Of a DNA stretch of 64,000 nt, positions 28,565 through 38,342 are shown piece by piece. Every line of letters begins with the position of its first letter. Position 1 is the first letter of the stretch. Source of the stretch: a plasmid; sequence record NZ_CP024426.1; one strand, given 5' to 3'. The position numbers and the translations under genes are program-made. Below the pieces are notes generated by a model, which saw only the letters and a list, made by a program, of their open reading frames with translations, ran no database searches and had not been told where the DNA came from.

Positions 28565-29986
28565 ATGATCTCGTTTGTTGTCGATGAGCGCGTGCAGGAT
28601 ATGGTCCGCGCTCTTCTGCCCAAGAACGTGACACTTGAATCCATCGCATTGGCTGACACCTCGGCCCGACGCGACGGTCCGGTTTCGCGGCCCGCCCTGG
28701 CGGCGGTGGCACTGGCCGGCCACGCCGAGACGATGCGTGCGGCCCTGGCCGAGGGCCCGGATGCCCAGGCCATGATCGTCGAGCTGGATCCCGCCCGACC
28801 CGAAGCCGCCTGCGCGACCCTGCTGGGGATTTTCGCGGACGAGGTCGCCGCAGCCCATCGCCGTACCGGCGAGGCCCGGGCCATCGCCGCGCAGTTTCGC
28901 GCTGACAGCCTGACCACCACGACCCGCCTGCGCGAAATCGAGAACCTGCTTTACAGCCTGGGCAACCCGCAGCTGGTCAGCACCCTGGCCTGGCCGCCCA
29001 CCGGCCGGATGCTGGTGCTTGAACCCGGACAATCCGTCGAACAGGCGCTGCCCCTGAACGCGGTCAGCCTGTCGGCCATCGACCTGTGGTTCCCGCAGGT
29101 CGTGCTGCCGCAGATCGGCGATCTGGCCGCGGAAATCCGCGATGCCTCGGGCCAGGCGCATGTCCTTTATGCCGCCATCCCCGACATGGGGATCGAGACG
29201 GGCTGGGTGCGGTTTGTCCTGGACGAGCCCGTCGCCGGCGTCGGCCGCGATTGCCGGCTGCGCCTGGCCTGGACGGGCGGCGAGGACCTGACCATCGGCC
29301 TGGGCCTGCCGGTGCCCGACCCGCGGTTCCGCGCCGGGATCTCGGCCGGCACCGCGCCCGAGGAAACGCTGGCCCTGCGGGTCTGGCAGTCGCTGGGCGG
29401 CGTGCGCCTGCCCGCCTGCACCCCGGCCTTTACCGGCGGCGGCACGACCACGATCCGCCGGGCGGAATTCGTGCTGCCTTCGGCCCTGCCCCGGCCCGAG
29501 GTTTTCGCGCTGCCCATGACGGCCCAGGACCATGTCTCGACCGATTTCTGGTCGAAAGAGGATGCGATCTTTGTCCACCCCTCGCGCCAGGGGGCCGTGT
29601 GCGCGATCATCCGCGGCGTGGATCTGGCGGGGCTGTCGCATGTCGCGGCCCTGGTGACGGTGGGCCATGCCCGCGCGCCCAACCTGAACTTCGCCATCGG
29701 CGTCGCCCCGCATGGCCGGGTGGACGAGGACGGCTTCTGGCAGCGCCGCCTGGGCCCCTGGGTCACGGGCCTGCCGGCGCGCGGCTGGGGCCAGGCCCAT
29801 TGCATCCCGGTCGAGCCGATCACCGGCAAGGCCGACATCCTGATGGCCGTGTCGCTGGCGACGGATGTGCCGAACGACCTCAGCTGGGGCCTGTTCCGGG
29901 GCTTCCGCTTCTCGCGCGGCGACGATGCGGCGGCGCAGGACGAAGCCCAGGGTCACAGCAGCCCGGCGCGGGAAGCCGCGCCATGA
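28565..29986 (+). CDS. hypothetical protein, translationally coupled to the downstream glycosyltransferase
   Basis: 473 aa with no recognised domain. An ATGA overlap links it to the GT gene. Preceded by a 200-bp AT-rich spacer containing TTGACA. Confidence 0.55.
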   Translation: MISFVVDERVQDMVRALLPKNVTLESIALADTSARRDGPVSRPALAAVALAGHAETMRAALAEGPDAQAMIVELDPARPEAACATLLGIFADEVAAAHRRTGEARAIAAQFRADSLTTTTRLREIENLLYSLGNPQLVSTLAWPPTGRMLVLEPGQSVEQALPLNAVSLSAIDLWFPQVVLPQIGDLAAEIRDASGQAHVLYAAIPDMGIETGWVRFVLDEPVAGVGRDCRLRLAWTGGEDLTIGLGLPVPDPRFRAGISAGTAPEETLALRVWQSLGGVRLPACTPAFTGGGTTTIRRAEFVLPSALPRPEVFALPMTAQDHVSTDFWSKEDAIFVHPSRQGAVCAIIRGVDLAGLSHVAALVTVGHARAPNLNFAIGVAPHGRVDEDGFWQRRLGPWVTGLPARGWGQAHCIPVEPITGKADILMAVSLATDVPNDLSWGLFRGFRFSRGDDAAAQDEAQGHSSPAREAAP

Positions 29987-32637
29987 CCCCCGCCCCGGAG
30001 GACGGCGCCCCGCAGGCCAGGCCCCCCGTCATCAGCGTCGTGGTCCCGATCAAGGGCCATCCGGTCCTGCTGGACGACGCCCTCGCCTCGGCCCACCGCG
30101 AGATCGCGACGGGCGCGATCCAGCGCGTGATCGCCGTCGACGACGGCTGCGCCTATGCCGAAACCCGCGAAAGCCTGGCCGACTGGCAGGCGGTGCTGGG
30201 CGACCGGATGCTGGTCCTGCACTGCACCAACGGGGGCCTCAGCGCGGCGCGCAACCGCGGCATCGCCGCCGCCCTGCGGCGCGACCCGGACCTGGACGCG
30301 ATCTTTCTGCTGGACGCCGACAACATGCTGGCGCCGGGCGCGGGCGCGGCCATGCGGCGGCTGCTGGACAGCGCCCCGCAGGCCGACTGGTTCTATCCCG
30401 ATTTCGACTTCTTCGGCCAGGACGGGCACTATATCACCGAACGCGCGTATGACCTTCTGTTCCACGCTCGCATCAACCTGTGCGAGGCCGGCAGCCTGAT
30501 CCGGCGCCGCGTGTTCGACGCCGGCGTCCGCTTCGACGAGACGATGAAGCGGGGCTACGAGGATTGGGATTTCTGGCTGTCGGCAGCCCAAAAGGGGTTT
30601 CGCGGCCAGGCCGCCGCCCAGCCCCTGCTGCTTTACCGCAAGCGCCCGGTCAGCATGCTGAGCAACTCGCATGACCTGGACGCCGAACTGCGCCGGCACC
30701 TGGAACAAAAGCACGACTGGCTGTTCAACACCCCCAAGCTGCTGGCGCTCGAGGCCGCGCGCTTTCCCCGCTTTGCCGTGATCGAGGGCGAAGGCGCCAC
30801 CCTGCGCCTGCAGACCGACCCCGGCCAAAGCCGCGACATCACCCTGGCCGAGCTTGAGCGGCAGATCATGGCGCATCTGGCCGAGCCCTTCGCCAACCAC
30901 GCGCCGGCCTATCTGGTGTTCCTGCGCGACGGGGTTTCCGACCGGCTGCAGGACCACCGGCTGCTGCACAGCTTTTTCTGGAACGCCGAGCGGCGCTGGA
31001 CCCGGGCCTGGGAGCGGCCCCAGCTTGACCTGTTCTTCCTGGACCCCGCCACCTCCGGCTATCGGATCGACAGCGACATGGGCAACCCCGACCGCCAGGC
31101 CGATGGGGTGGTGATCGACCTGGCCGCGGTGCGCGACCTGCTGGCGGCCCCCGAGGACGCGTTGCGCCGGCTGGACCATACGCCGACGGATTTTCGCGTC
31201 CGCAGCTGGGGCATGGCGCTGGAGCACATGGCTCGGCTGGACCGCAGGACGGCCAGCGCGCAGGAACTGCTGCGCGGCTTCATGCTGCAACTGGCGCGCA
31301 GCCGGTTCCGCGCCGCCCTGGGCCAGCCTTGGGAATGGCGCGCGCAGGGGGGTGCGGTGGACCGCGCCACAGCGGTCGAAATCCCCCGCAAGCCCTCGGC
31401 CGGGGGGGTGGTCTTTCCGCTGCTGAAACAGGCCGGGCTTCGGGATGTGGGCTTTGTCCTGCCGATCTTCGACTTCGGCGGGGTGGAAAAGGTCGCGGCC
31501 TCGATGGCGCGCGAACTGGCGCAGAACGGCTATCGCTGCCACCTGTTCGTCATCAGCGACCGGCCGATCCATCCCGACAGCTGGGCGCTGCAAGCCTTCG
31601 CCACGGTGAACTGGATGCCCGACGCCAGCGCCATCGACTGGACGGGTACCGAGTTCCTGGGCACGGCCGAACCCAGCTGGGGCAATCCGCAGGAGCGGGC
31701 CGACCTGATGGGCCTGCTGTCGTCGATGGACGTGATCGTCAACGCCCATTCCGGCGCGCTGCACAAGGTCGCCGACCAGCTGCGCCGGCGCGGCATCACC
31801 ATGATCGACCACGAACACCTGCTGGAACGCAGCACCTATGGCCGCAGCTATGGCCCGCCCAAGCTGGCCCTGGCCTATGAATATGCCTATGACCTGATCC
31901 TGACCTGCTCCGAGGCGCTGCGGGTCTGGATGCACGGGCAGGGCGTGCCGCGCGAAAAGCTGATGGCGGTGGTGAACGCGCCCGGCTACCCCCTGCCTTC
32001 CGGCGCCGCCCGCGCGGTGATGGAGACGCGGGCCATGCGCGACCCGCAAGCCCCCCTGCGCGTGCTGTTCATGGGCCGGCTGGACCCGCAAAAGGGCGTG
32101 CACCGGCTGTCGTCGATCTATCACGCGCTGGCGCTGCGCGCGCCCCGGATCAACCTGACGATCGCCGGCGGCTCGGTCGTGGACGCGGCCCGGGCCGAGT
32201 TCTCGTTCCCGCGCCAGACGCGGATGCTGGGCCCGGTGCGCGGGCAGGAATCGCTGACCCTGCTGCTGGCCGACGCGGATGTCATGGTGCTGCCGTCGCA
32301 TTACGAGGGGCTGCCCCTGTCGGTGCTTGAGGCGCAGCGCTGCGGCGTGGTGGTTCTGGCGACCGAGGTGGGCGCCATGGAGGAGGCGATCCAGCACGGC
32401 AGCACAGGCTTCATCTTGCCCGAGGCCGGCTGCGAGGACAGTTTCGTCGACATGATCCTGACGCTCGACAGCGACCGCGCGCTGCTGGCGCAGGTGTCGC
32501 AGAACGCCGCCCGCATGGCGCGCGACTGGTCGCTGGCCGTCGCCCCCGTGCTGGCCTGGCTGAAGCGACGCGAGGGGCCCGGGTCCCTCGGCGAAACCGG
32601 GTCCGAGCAGCCCGAGGGCATCCAGGGCAGGGGGTGA
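29983..32637 (+). CDS. bifunctional glycosyltransferase (N-terminal GT2 domain + C-terminal GT1/GT4 domain)
   Basis: GT2 region: ISVVVPIKGHP...VIAVDDGCAY...DADNML. GT4 region: EGLPLSVLEAQRCGVVVLATEVGAMEE. 884 aa. Confidence 0.75.
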   Translation: MTPAPEDGAPQARPPVISVVVPIKGHPVLLDDALASAHREIATGAIQRVIAVDDGCAYAETRESLADWQAVLGDRMLVLHCTNGGLSAARNRGIAAALRRDPDLDAIFLLDADNMLAPGAGAAMRRLLDSAPQADWFYPDFDFFGQDGHYITERAYDLLFHARINLCEAGSLIRRRVFDAGVRFDETMKRGYEDWDFWLSAAQKGFRGQAAAQPLLLYRKRPVSMLSNSHDLDAELRRHLEQKHDWLFNTPKLLALEAARFPRFAVIEGEGATLRLQTDPGQSRDITLAELERQIMAHLAEPFANHAPAYLVFLRDGVSDRLQDHRLLHSFFWNAERRWTRAWERPQLDLFFLDPATSGYRIDSDMGNPDRQADGVVIDLAAVRDLLAAPEDALRRLDHTPTDFRVRSWGMALEHMARLDRRTASAQELLRGFMLQLARSRFRAALGQPWEWRAQGGAVDRATAVEIPRKPSAGGVVFPLLKQAGLRDVGFVLPIFDFGGVEKVAASMARELAQNGYRCHLFVISDRPIHPDSWALQAFATVNWMPDASAIDWTGTEFLGTAEPSWGNPQERADLMGLLSSMDVIVNAHSGALHKVADQLRRRGITMIDHEHLLERSTYGRSYGPPKLALAYEYAYDLILTCSEALRVWMHGQGVPREKLMAVVNAPGYPLPSGAARAVMETRAMRDPQAPLRVLFMGRLDPQKGVHRLSSIYHALALRAPRINLTIAGGSVVDAARAEFSFPRQTRMLGPVRGQESLTLLLADADVMVLPSHYEGLPLSVLEAQRCGVVVLATEVGAMEEAIQHGSTGFILPEAGCEDSFVDMILTLDSDRALLAQVSQNAARMARDWSLAVAPVLAWLKRREGPGSLGETGSEQPEGIQGRG

Positions 32638-32739
32638 CGGACGGGCCGGCGCCCCGGCCCCGCATGCAACCTTTGGCAATTCCGCGAACAAGGACTCGCC
32701 CGGCCTGGGCTTCTGGCGTAGCATGGACCGGCAACACGG

Positions 32740-33156
32740 ATGCCGCCCATGACCCGCCTTGTCATCACCTGCGCGACGCTTCTTGCCCTGGCCTCATGCG
32801 GCACGCCGCAGGAGCGATGCGAACAGCAGGTGTCGTCGGAATATCGCCAGGTTTCGCGCCTGCTGAACGAGGTCAACCAGAACCTGGCCCGAGGCTATGC
32901 CTGGGACGACGGCGCGCGCCGCAGCAACGTCAGCTTCTGCGCGGGTGGGTTCAGGAGCCGTGGCTGGGGCGGCGGCATCGGGTTTGGCTATGGCACCTGC
33001 TATGACCTGGACAGCCCGCACAGGCGGGTGCCCATCGACCCCGTCTCTGAAATGCGCAAGCGCGACGCCTTGCAACAGCGGCTGGCCGCCCTGTCCCGGC
33101 GCGGTCCGGCCACCTGCATGGCGCGCTATGGCACGGGCGCCGCGACAGGGGGATAG
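32740..33156 (+). CDS. small lipoprotein
   Basis: Signal peptide with lipobox LALASC. Glycine-rich (GWGGGIGFGYG). Confidence 0.5.
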   Translation: MPPMTRLVITCATLLALASCGTPQERCEQQVSSEYRQVSRLLNEVNQNLARGYAWDDGARRSNVSFCAGGFRSRGWGGGIGFGYGTCYDLDSPHRRVPIDPVSEMRKRDALQQRLAALSRRGPATCMARYGTGAATGG

Positions 33157-33262
33157 GACGGCAGCCAGGCGGCCGGGCCTGTCTCGCGGCGCTGGCCTAT
33201 TGCCCGCCAAGGCCCTATCTGCTTCGGTCGGCCCGCTTGGCGACGGGCAGGAGGGTGGCCGC

Positions 33263-34123
33263 ATGAACTGGGATGATTTCAGGATCGTTTCCGCCGTCTG
33301 CAAGACCGGCTCGTTCACCCGGGCCGGGCGGCTTTTGCAGATCAACGAAACCACGGTGGGCCGCCGCATCGGCCGGCTGGAAACGGACATGGGGCTGACC
33401 CTGTTCGATGCGGTGGACGGCATGCGCCAGCCGACGCAGGCCTGCATGGCGATCCTGCGCGGCCTCAAGGACATGGAAAAGGCCGCCGACGAAATACGCC
33501 GCGTGCTGCGCGGCCACGACCTTGCGCAGCGCCGCTTTCGCCTGTCGACCATCGCGGCCATCGCTGAACACTGGCTGGCCCCGCAGTTGCCGCAGCTGCT
33601 GACCGATCTGCCCGACCTGTCGCTCAGCATCGACACGTCCGACCAGAACGTCGACATGTCCCGGTGGGAGGCCGATTTCGCCCTGCGCCTGGGCCGGCCC
33701 AAGCAGGGCTCGTTCCTGATGCGTCGGATCGGGCAGATCGACTTCGTGCTGGTGCGCCCCCGCGCGCCCGTGCCCGAGCCGCTGCTGATCGCCTATCCCG
33801 AGGCGCTGATCGAGATGCCCGAGATGGAGGCCCTGTTCCACAAGGCCGGCACTCGCAACCCGCGGCTGGAAACCTCGAGCCTGAACCTGATGCGCGAGAT
33901 CCTGTCCAGCGGCCGCGCCCTGGGCGTCCTGCCCGAGACCATGGCCGGAGGCCTGCGCGGGCGGGCCGACCTGTGCGTGACCGAAACCGGCGTTTCGCGC
34001 GATATCTGGCTGCTGTCCCAGCCTTCGCTGCGCGAGGATCCGATCGCGCGGCGGTTATCGGCATGGCTGTCGTCCCTGTTCGCGCTGCGCGAGGAATCGG
34101 CAGACCTGCTACCAAAGAACTAG
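33263..34123 (+). CDS. LysR-family transcriptional regulator (MauR-like)
   Basis: N-terminal LysR HTH (WDDFRIVSAVCKTGSFTRAGRLLQINETTVGRRIGRLE). GGAGGG Shine-Dalgarno-like sequence. Sits directly upstream of mauF, but on the same strand. Confidence 0.8.
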   Translation: MNWDDFRIVSAVCKTGSFTRAGRLLQINETTVGRRIGRLETDMGLTLFDAVDGMRQPTQACMAILRGLKDMEKAADEIRRVLRGHDLAQRRFRLSTIAAIAEHWLAPQLPQLLTDLPDLSLSIDTSDQNVDMSRWEADFALRLGRPKQGSFLMRRIGQIDFVLVRPRAPVPEPLLIAYPEALIEMPEMEALFHKAGTRNPRLETSSLNLMREILSSGRALGVLPETMAGGLRGRADLCVTETGVSRDIWLLSQPSLREDPIARRLSAWLSSLFALREESADLLPKN

Positions 34124-34372
34124 TTTTCTTAGCCGTTTTTCGGGCAGTTTTTCCTGACTGGAAAATCGTTTTCCTTCAACGTTTGCTGGCCGAACGCGTG
34201 ATTCCGCTGGCAGCTGTGCGTTTTTGCAGCCCGTGGTTGCCGAAATAGGGGTTCCGAACTCAAGGCGGCGGACGCACTGTCACATCACTGTAAGGAGTGC
34301 CTTTTCGACGGAATATCAATTCCATCGCGACGGGCAGGCCTTCGAAGGGTCCCGAACGAGAGGAGGCGTGAG

Positions 34373-35197
34373 GTGACTTGGATTTCGCAGGACGAGGTTG
34401 CTGGCGTGCAGGATTGCACGGTTTTCCCCGACAGCTATTCGCGGGTCAGCCGTGCCTTTGTTTTGGGCAGCAGCCTGATTGTGGGGGGCGCGGGCGGCTT
34501 GGTCCTCAGGGGCCTGCCGGACCTCGCCGCAGGATTGTGGGGCGTGATCGGCGTTGCGGCCTTTGCGGGTGGGTTGCTGTCGACCTGGTCGCCGTGTGGC
34601 TATTCCTCGATCTCGCTGCTCAGGCCGACCGGCAGGGGGCTGCGGGCGCTGCGGGACTGGATGCCGACCTTTGCCGCGCATGGCGCGGGCTATGCGGTGG
34701 GGGCGCTGGCGCTCGGGGCGCTTCTGGGCGGCATCGGGGCCCTGCTGGGGTTCTCGGGCCTGGCCACGGGCCCGGGCCTTGCGGTTCTGGCGCTGATCGG
34801 GCTGGTCTATGGTGCCCATCAGCTGGATTTCCTGCGTGTGCCCTATCCGCAGCGCCGGGCGCAGGTGCCCCATGACGCGCGCCAGCGGTTCCCGAAATGG
34901 GTCGTGGGCGGGCTTTACGGGCTGTCGCTGGGGCTGGATTACCTGACCTATGTGCAGACGCCGCTGCTGTATCTGGCGACCGCCGCCGCCATCCTGACCG
35001 GGAATTTCGCCGAGGCCATCGCCATCGTCGCCATCTTCAACCTGGGACGCTTCCTGCCGGTCGCGGTGAACCTGTTCCCGGTGACCGATTATGCGATCCA
35101 GGCCTGGCTTGGCCGGCACCAGGAACGCGCGGCAATCTGCGACGGCGCGATCCTGACGGCGCTGGGGGCGGGCTTTGCCGTCCTCGCGCTGGCCTGA
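34373..35197 (+). CDS. mauF: methylamine utilisation membrane protein MauF
   Basis: Polytopic membrane protein preceding mauB, as in P. denitrificans mauFBEDACJGMN. GTG start with a GAGGAGG Shine-Dalgarno-like sequence. Confidence 0.65.
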   Translation: MTWISQDEVAGVQDCTVFPDSYSRVSRAFVLGSSLIVGGAGGLVLRGLPDLAAGLWGVIGVAAFAGGLLSTWSPCGYSSISLLRPTGRGLRALRDWMPTFAAHGAGYAVGALALGALLGGIGALLGFSGLATGPGLAVLALIGLVYGAHQLDFLRVPYPQRRAQVPHDARQRFPKWVVGGLYGLSLGLDYLTYVQTPLLYLATAAAILTGNFAEAIAIVAIFNLGRFLPVAVNLFPVTDYAIQAWLGRHQERAAICDGAILTALGAGFAVLALA

Positions 35198-35281
35198 CGC
35201 CGGCCTCCCTTTCCCGACCCTTTTCATGCTCGGCCCCCGACCTGTCGCCGGGGCCCGGGGAGCCATCACACGGAGGAAACC

Positions 35282-36511
35282 ATGGCTTCTAGCAGCAGAC
35301 CCATCCCCGGATACCTGACCTTTCTAGGCACGGTCGCCATGGCCTCGGGCCTTGCGCTTGGCGCGGCCGCGGCGCAGGACGCCCAGACCGATGGCCAGCG
35401 CGCCGCCGCCGAGGCCGCGCGCCTGCTGGCCGAGGGCCAGGCCGACGAGCCGGTGGTGCTGAACGCGCCCAAGCCCGACGCCCGCCGCGTCTATGTCCAA
35501 GACCCGGCGCATTTCGCCGCGATCACCCAGCAATTCGCCATCGACGGCGAAACCGGCCGCGTGGTCGGCATCACGGACGGCGGCTTCCTGCCCCAGCCCC
35601 TGGTCGCGGACGACGGTTCGTTCATCGCCCAGGCCAGCACGGTCTTTTCGCGCATCGCGCGCGGCACCCGCACCGATTACGTCGAGGTCTTCGACCCCGA
35701 GACCTTCGAGCCGACGGCGGATATCGAACTGCCCAAGGATGCGCGCTTCCTGATCGGGACCTATCAGTGGATGAACGCGCTGACGCCGGACAAGAAGAAG
35801 CTGCTGTTCTATCAGTTCTCGCCCGCGCCGGCGGTCGGCATCGTCGATCTGGAAGGCAAGAAGTTCGACCGCATGGTCGATGTGCCGGACTGCTATCACA
35901 TCTTCCCGGCCTCGCCGACGGTGTTCTACATGAACTGCCGCGACGGCAGCCTGGCGCGCGTGGACATCGCCGAGACCGAGCCCAAGATCACCAACACCGA
36001 GGTCTTCCACGCCGAGGACGAGCTGCTGATCAACCATCCCGCCTATTCGATGCGGGCCGGGCGGCTGGTCTGGCCGACCTATACCGGCAAGATCTTCCAG
36101 ATCGACCTGACCGAGGAAAAGGCCACGTTCCGCGAGCCCATCGAGGCCCTGACCGAGGCCGAGCGCGCCGACAACTGGCGTCCCGGCGGCTGGCAGCAGA
36201 CCGCCTATCACCGCGCCTCGGACCGCATCTTCCTGCTGGTCGACCAACGCGACCAGTGGCGCCACAAGACGGCCAGCCGGTTCGTGGTGGTCCTCGATGC
36301 GGCCACGGGCGAGCGCATCAGCAAGATCGAACTGGGCCACGAGATCGACTCGATCAATGTCAGCCAGGATGCCGAGCCGCTGCTTTACGCCCTGTCCGCC
36401 GGCACGCAGACGCTGCACATCTTCGACGCCGGCACGGGCAAGGAGCTGCGCAAGGTCACGCATCTGGGCCGCGGCCCGCAGATCCTGACCACCCATGACA
36501 TGGGGTCCTGA
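35282..36511 (+). CDS. mauB: methylamine dehydrogenase heavy chain
   Basis: Long stretches are near-identical to Paracoccus denitrificans MauB ([24 protein letters not shown]...[12 protein letters not shown]...[13 protein letters not shown]...). Confidence 0.92.
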   Translation: MASSSRPIPGYLTFLGTVAMASGLALGAAAAQDAQTDGQRAAAEAARLLAEGQADEPVVLNAPKPDARRVYVQDPAHFAAITQQFAIDGETGRVVGITDGGFLPQPLVADDGSFIAQASTVFSRIARGTRTDYVEVFDPETFEPTADIELPKDARFLIGTYQWMNALTPDKKKLLFYQFSPAPAVGIVDLEGKKFDRMVDVPDCYHIFPASPTVFYMNCRDGSLARVDIAETEPKITNTEVFHAEDELLINHPAYSMRAGRLVWPTYTGKIFQIDLTEEKATFREPIEALTEAERADNWRPGGWQQTAYHRASDRIFLLVDQRDQWRHKTASRFVVVLDAATGERISKIELGHEIDSINVSQDAEPLLYALSAGTQTLHIFDAGTGKELRKVTHLGRGPQILTTHDMGS

Positions 36512-36512
36512 G

Positions 36513-37076
36513 ATGCTGTCCGCCATCCTGCACGAACCTCTGGTCGTCTGGACGCTGCGCAGCTTTCTGGCCGCGCTGTTCCTGACCGCCGCGCTGTCGA
36601 AGCTGACCGCCATCGACGAATTCCACGGCGTGGTGCGCAATTTCCGCCTGCTGCCCGACGGTCTGGCGCGGCCGGTCGCGATGGTGCTGCCGGTGGTCGA
36701 GATGGCCATCGCCGCCGGGTTGCTGATCCAGCCGCTGGCCCGCGCGGCCTCGCTGTCGGCGGCGGCGCTGCTGGCCGTCTTTGGCATGGCCATCGTAGTC
36801 AACGTGCTGCGCGGCCGGACCCAGATCGATTGCGGCTGTTTCCGCAACGGGATGAAGCAGCGCATCGGCTGGGCGACGGTCGCGCGCAACGGCGTCCTGA
36901 CGGCGCTGGCGCTTGGCGCGGGCGCGCTGCTGGCGCAGGGCCGGGCCGCCTCGGCGGGCGACATCGCCACCGGCCTTGCCGCCGGGCTGACGCTGACGCT
37001 GCTTTACATGGGCGCTGAAATGCTTGGCGGGTTCGTCGCCATGAACAACCGGGCTTCTTCCACGAAAGGCCGCTGA
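36513..37076 (+). CDS. mauE: methylamine utilisation membrane protein MauE
   Basis: LHEPLVVWTLRSFLAALF...RGRTQIDCGCF matches MauE. An alternative start at 36495 (MTWGPEM) overlaps mauB. Confidence 0.75.
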   Translation: MLSAILHEPLVVWTLRSFLAALFLTAALSKLTAIDEFHGVVRNFRLLPDGLARPVAMVLPVVEMAIAAGLLIQPLARAASLSAAALLAVFGMAIVVNVLRGRTQIDCGCFRNGMKQRIGWATVARNGVLTALALGAGALLAQGRAASAGDIATGLAAGLTLTLLYMGAEMLGGFVAMNNRASSTKGR

Positions 37077-37077
37077 C

Positions 37078-37677
37078 ATGACTTATCTTATCGCTTCCAA
37101 CATCGTGCTGTGGATCGCCGTCCTGGGCCTGACCGTGGTCATGCTGGGCCTGATGCGCCAGGTCGGGCTGCTGCACGAACGCTCGTCCCCCATGGGCGCG
37201 ATGATCACCGATCACGGCCCCGACATCGGCGACAAGGCGCCCGAGTTCGAGCTGCCCGACTATTTCGGGCGCAGCGCGCAGCTTGGCGGCGTCGCGGCCG
37301 ACGGCCGCCCGACGCTGGTGATGTTCACGGCCCCGACCTGCCCGGTCTGCGACAAGCTGTTTCCGATCATCAAGTCCATCGCGCGGGCCGAGAACATCGG
37401 CGTCATCATGGTCAGCGACGGCGCCCCCGAGGAACACGCCCGCTTTCTGGAAAGCCATGAGCTGGGCCAGATCCGCTATGTCGTCTCGGCCGAGATCGGC
37501 ATGGCCTTCCAGGTCGGCAAGATCCCCTATGGCGTGCTGCTGGACGGCCAGGGCGTGATCCGCGCCAAGGGGCTGACCAACACGCGCGAGCATCTGGAAA
37601 GCCTGCTCGAGGCCGACAAGACCGGCTTCGCCTCGCTTCAGCAGTTCATGACCAGCCGCAGGAAGACCGCGGCCTGA
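37078..37677 (+). CDS. mauD: MauD thioredoxin-like TTQ-biogenesis protein
   Basis: N-terminal TM helix plus the CPVC thioredoxin motif (FTAPTCPVCDKLFP). Confidence 0.8.
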   Translation: MTYLIASNIVLWIAVLGLTVVMLGLMRQVGLLHERSSPMGAMITDHGPDIGDKAPEFELPDYFGRSAQLGGVAADGRPTLVMFTAPTCPVCDKLFPIIKSIARAENIGVIMVSDGAPEEHARFLESHELGQIRYVVSAEIGMAFQVGKIPYGVLLDGQGVIRAKGLTNTREHLESLLEADKTGFASLQQFMTSRRKTAA

Positions 37678-37719
37678 CCCGGCCTTCCGGCCCCAACCCA
37701 TGCAGAGGGAGGATAAACG

Positions 37720-38286
37720 ATGCTGGGAAATTTCGGTTTCGACACCCTGGTCGAAAAGATGTCGCGCCGCGTGGCGGGACGCACCAGCCGCCGCGGCGCC
37801 CTGGGCCGGCTCGGCACGGTGCTGGCGGGCGTCGCGCTGGTGCCGCTGCTGCCGGTGGACCGCCGCGGCCGCGTCAGCCGCGCCAATGCGGCGACCCCCG
37901 CCGCGGGCACGGACCCGCGCGCCAAGTTCGTGCCGCAGGACACCGACATCCAGTCCTGCGACTACTGGCGGCACTGTTCCATCGACGGCAACATCTGCGA
38001 CTGCTCGGGCGGGTCGCTGACGAACTGCCCGCCGGGCACCAAGCTCGCCTCGGCGTCCTGGGTCGCCAGCTGCTACAACCCGACCGACGGGCAAAGCTAT
38101 CTGATCGCCTATCGCGACTGCTGCGGGCAGAACGTCTCGGGCCGCTGCGCCTGCCTGAACACCGAAGGCGAGTTGCCGGTCTATCGGCCCGAATTCGCCA
38201 ACGACATCATCTGGTGCTTTGGCGCCGAGGATGACGCCATGACCTATCACTGCACCATTTCCCCCATCGTCGGCAAAGCCAGCTGA
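37720..38286 (+). CDS. mauA: methylamine dehydrogenase light chain (TTQ-bearing)
   Basis: Long RR-type leader (SRRVAGRTSRRGALGRLGTVLAG), then the Cys-rich core (CDYWRHCSIDGNICDC...CCGQNVSGRCAC) characteristic of MauA. Confidence 0.85.
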   Translation: MLGNFGFDTLVEKMSRRVAGRTSRRGALGRLGTVLAGVALVPLLPVDRRGRVSRANAATPAAGTDPRAKFVPQDTDIQSCDYWRHCSIDGNICDCSGGSLTNCPPGTKLASASWVASCYNPTDGQSYLIAYRDCCGQNVSGRCACLNTEGELPVYRPEFANDIIWCFGAEDDAMTYHCTISPIVGKAS

Positions 38287-38342
38287 CGCCGGACCGGGCG
38301 CGGCACGTCCCGCGTCCGGGCCCACCCCGACAGGAGCATTCG

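Noticed and set aside
28358-29956. Long GC-rich antisense ORF opposite the glycan cluster unknown protein (28565-29986, 532 aa)
   Set aside because: Arg/Gly/Ala/Pro-rich junk translation with no motifs and no Shine-Dalgarno-like sequence, typical of the stop-poor antisense frame in high-GC DNA. The plus-strand protein has a normal composition and an ATGA coupling to the GT gene.
29953-32724. Long GC-rich antisense ORF opposite the GT2-GT4 glycosyltransferase (29983-32637, 923 aa)
   Set aside because: Arg/Gly/Ala/Pro-rich junk translation with no motifs, typical of the stop-poor antisense frame in high-GC DNA. The opposite strand encodes the two-domain GT with clear GT2 and GT4 motifs.
33263-34123. 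Calling the LysR gene mauR with certainty
   Set aside because: Its position adjacent to mauF fits, but its orientation is co-directional rather than divergent as in characterised Paracoccus mau loci. It is kept as MauR-like only.
35324-36970. Long GC-rich antisense ORF opposite mauB/mauE (35282-37076, 548 aa)
   Set aside because: Arg/Gly/Ala/Pro-rich junk translation with no motifs, typical of the stop-poor antisense frame in high-GC DNA. The opposite strand encodes MauB, which is near-identical to the P. denitrificans protein.
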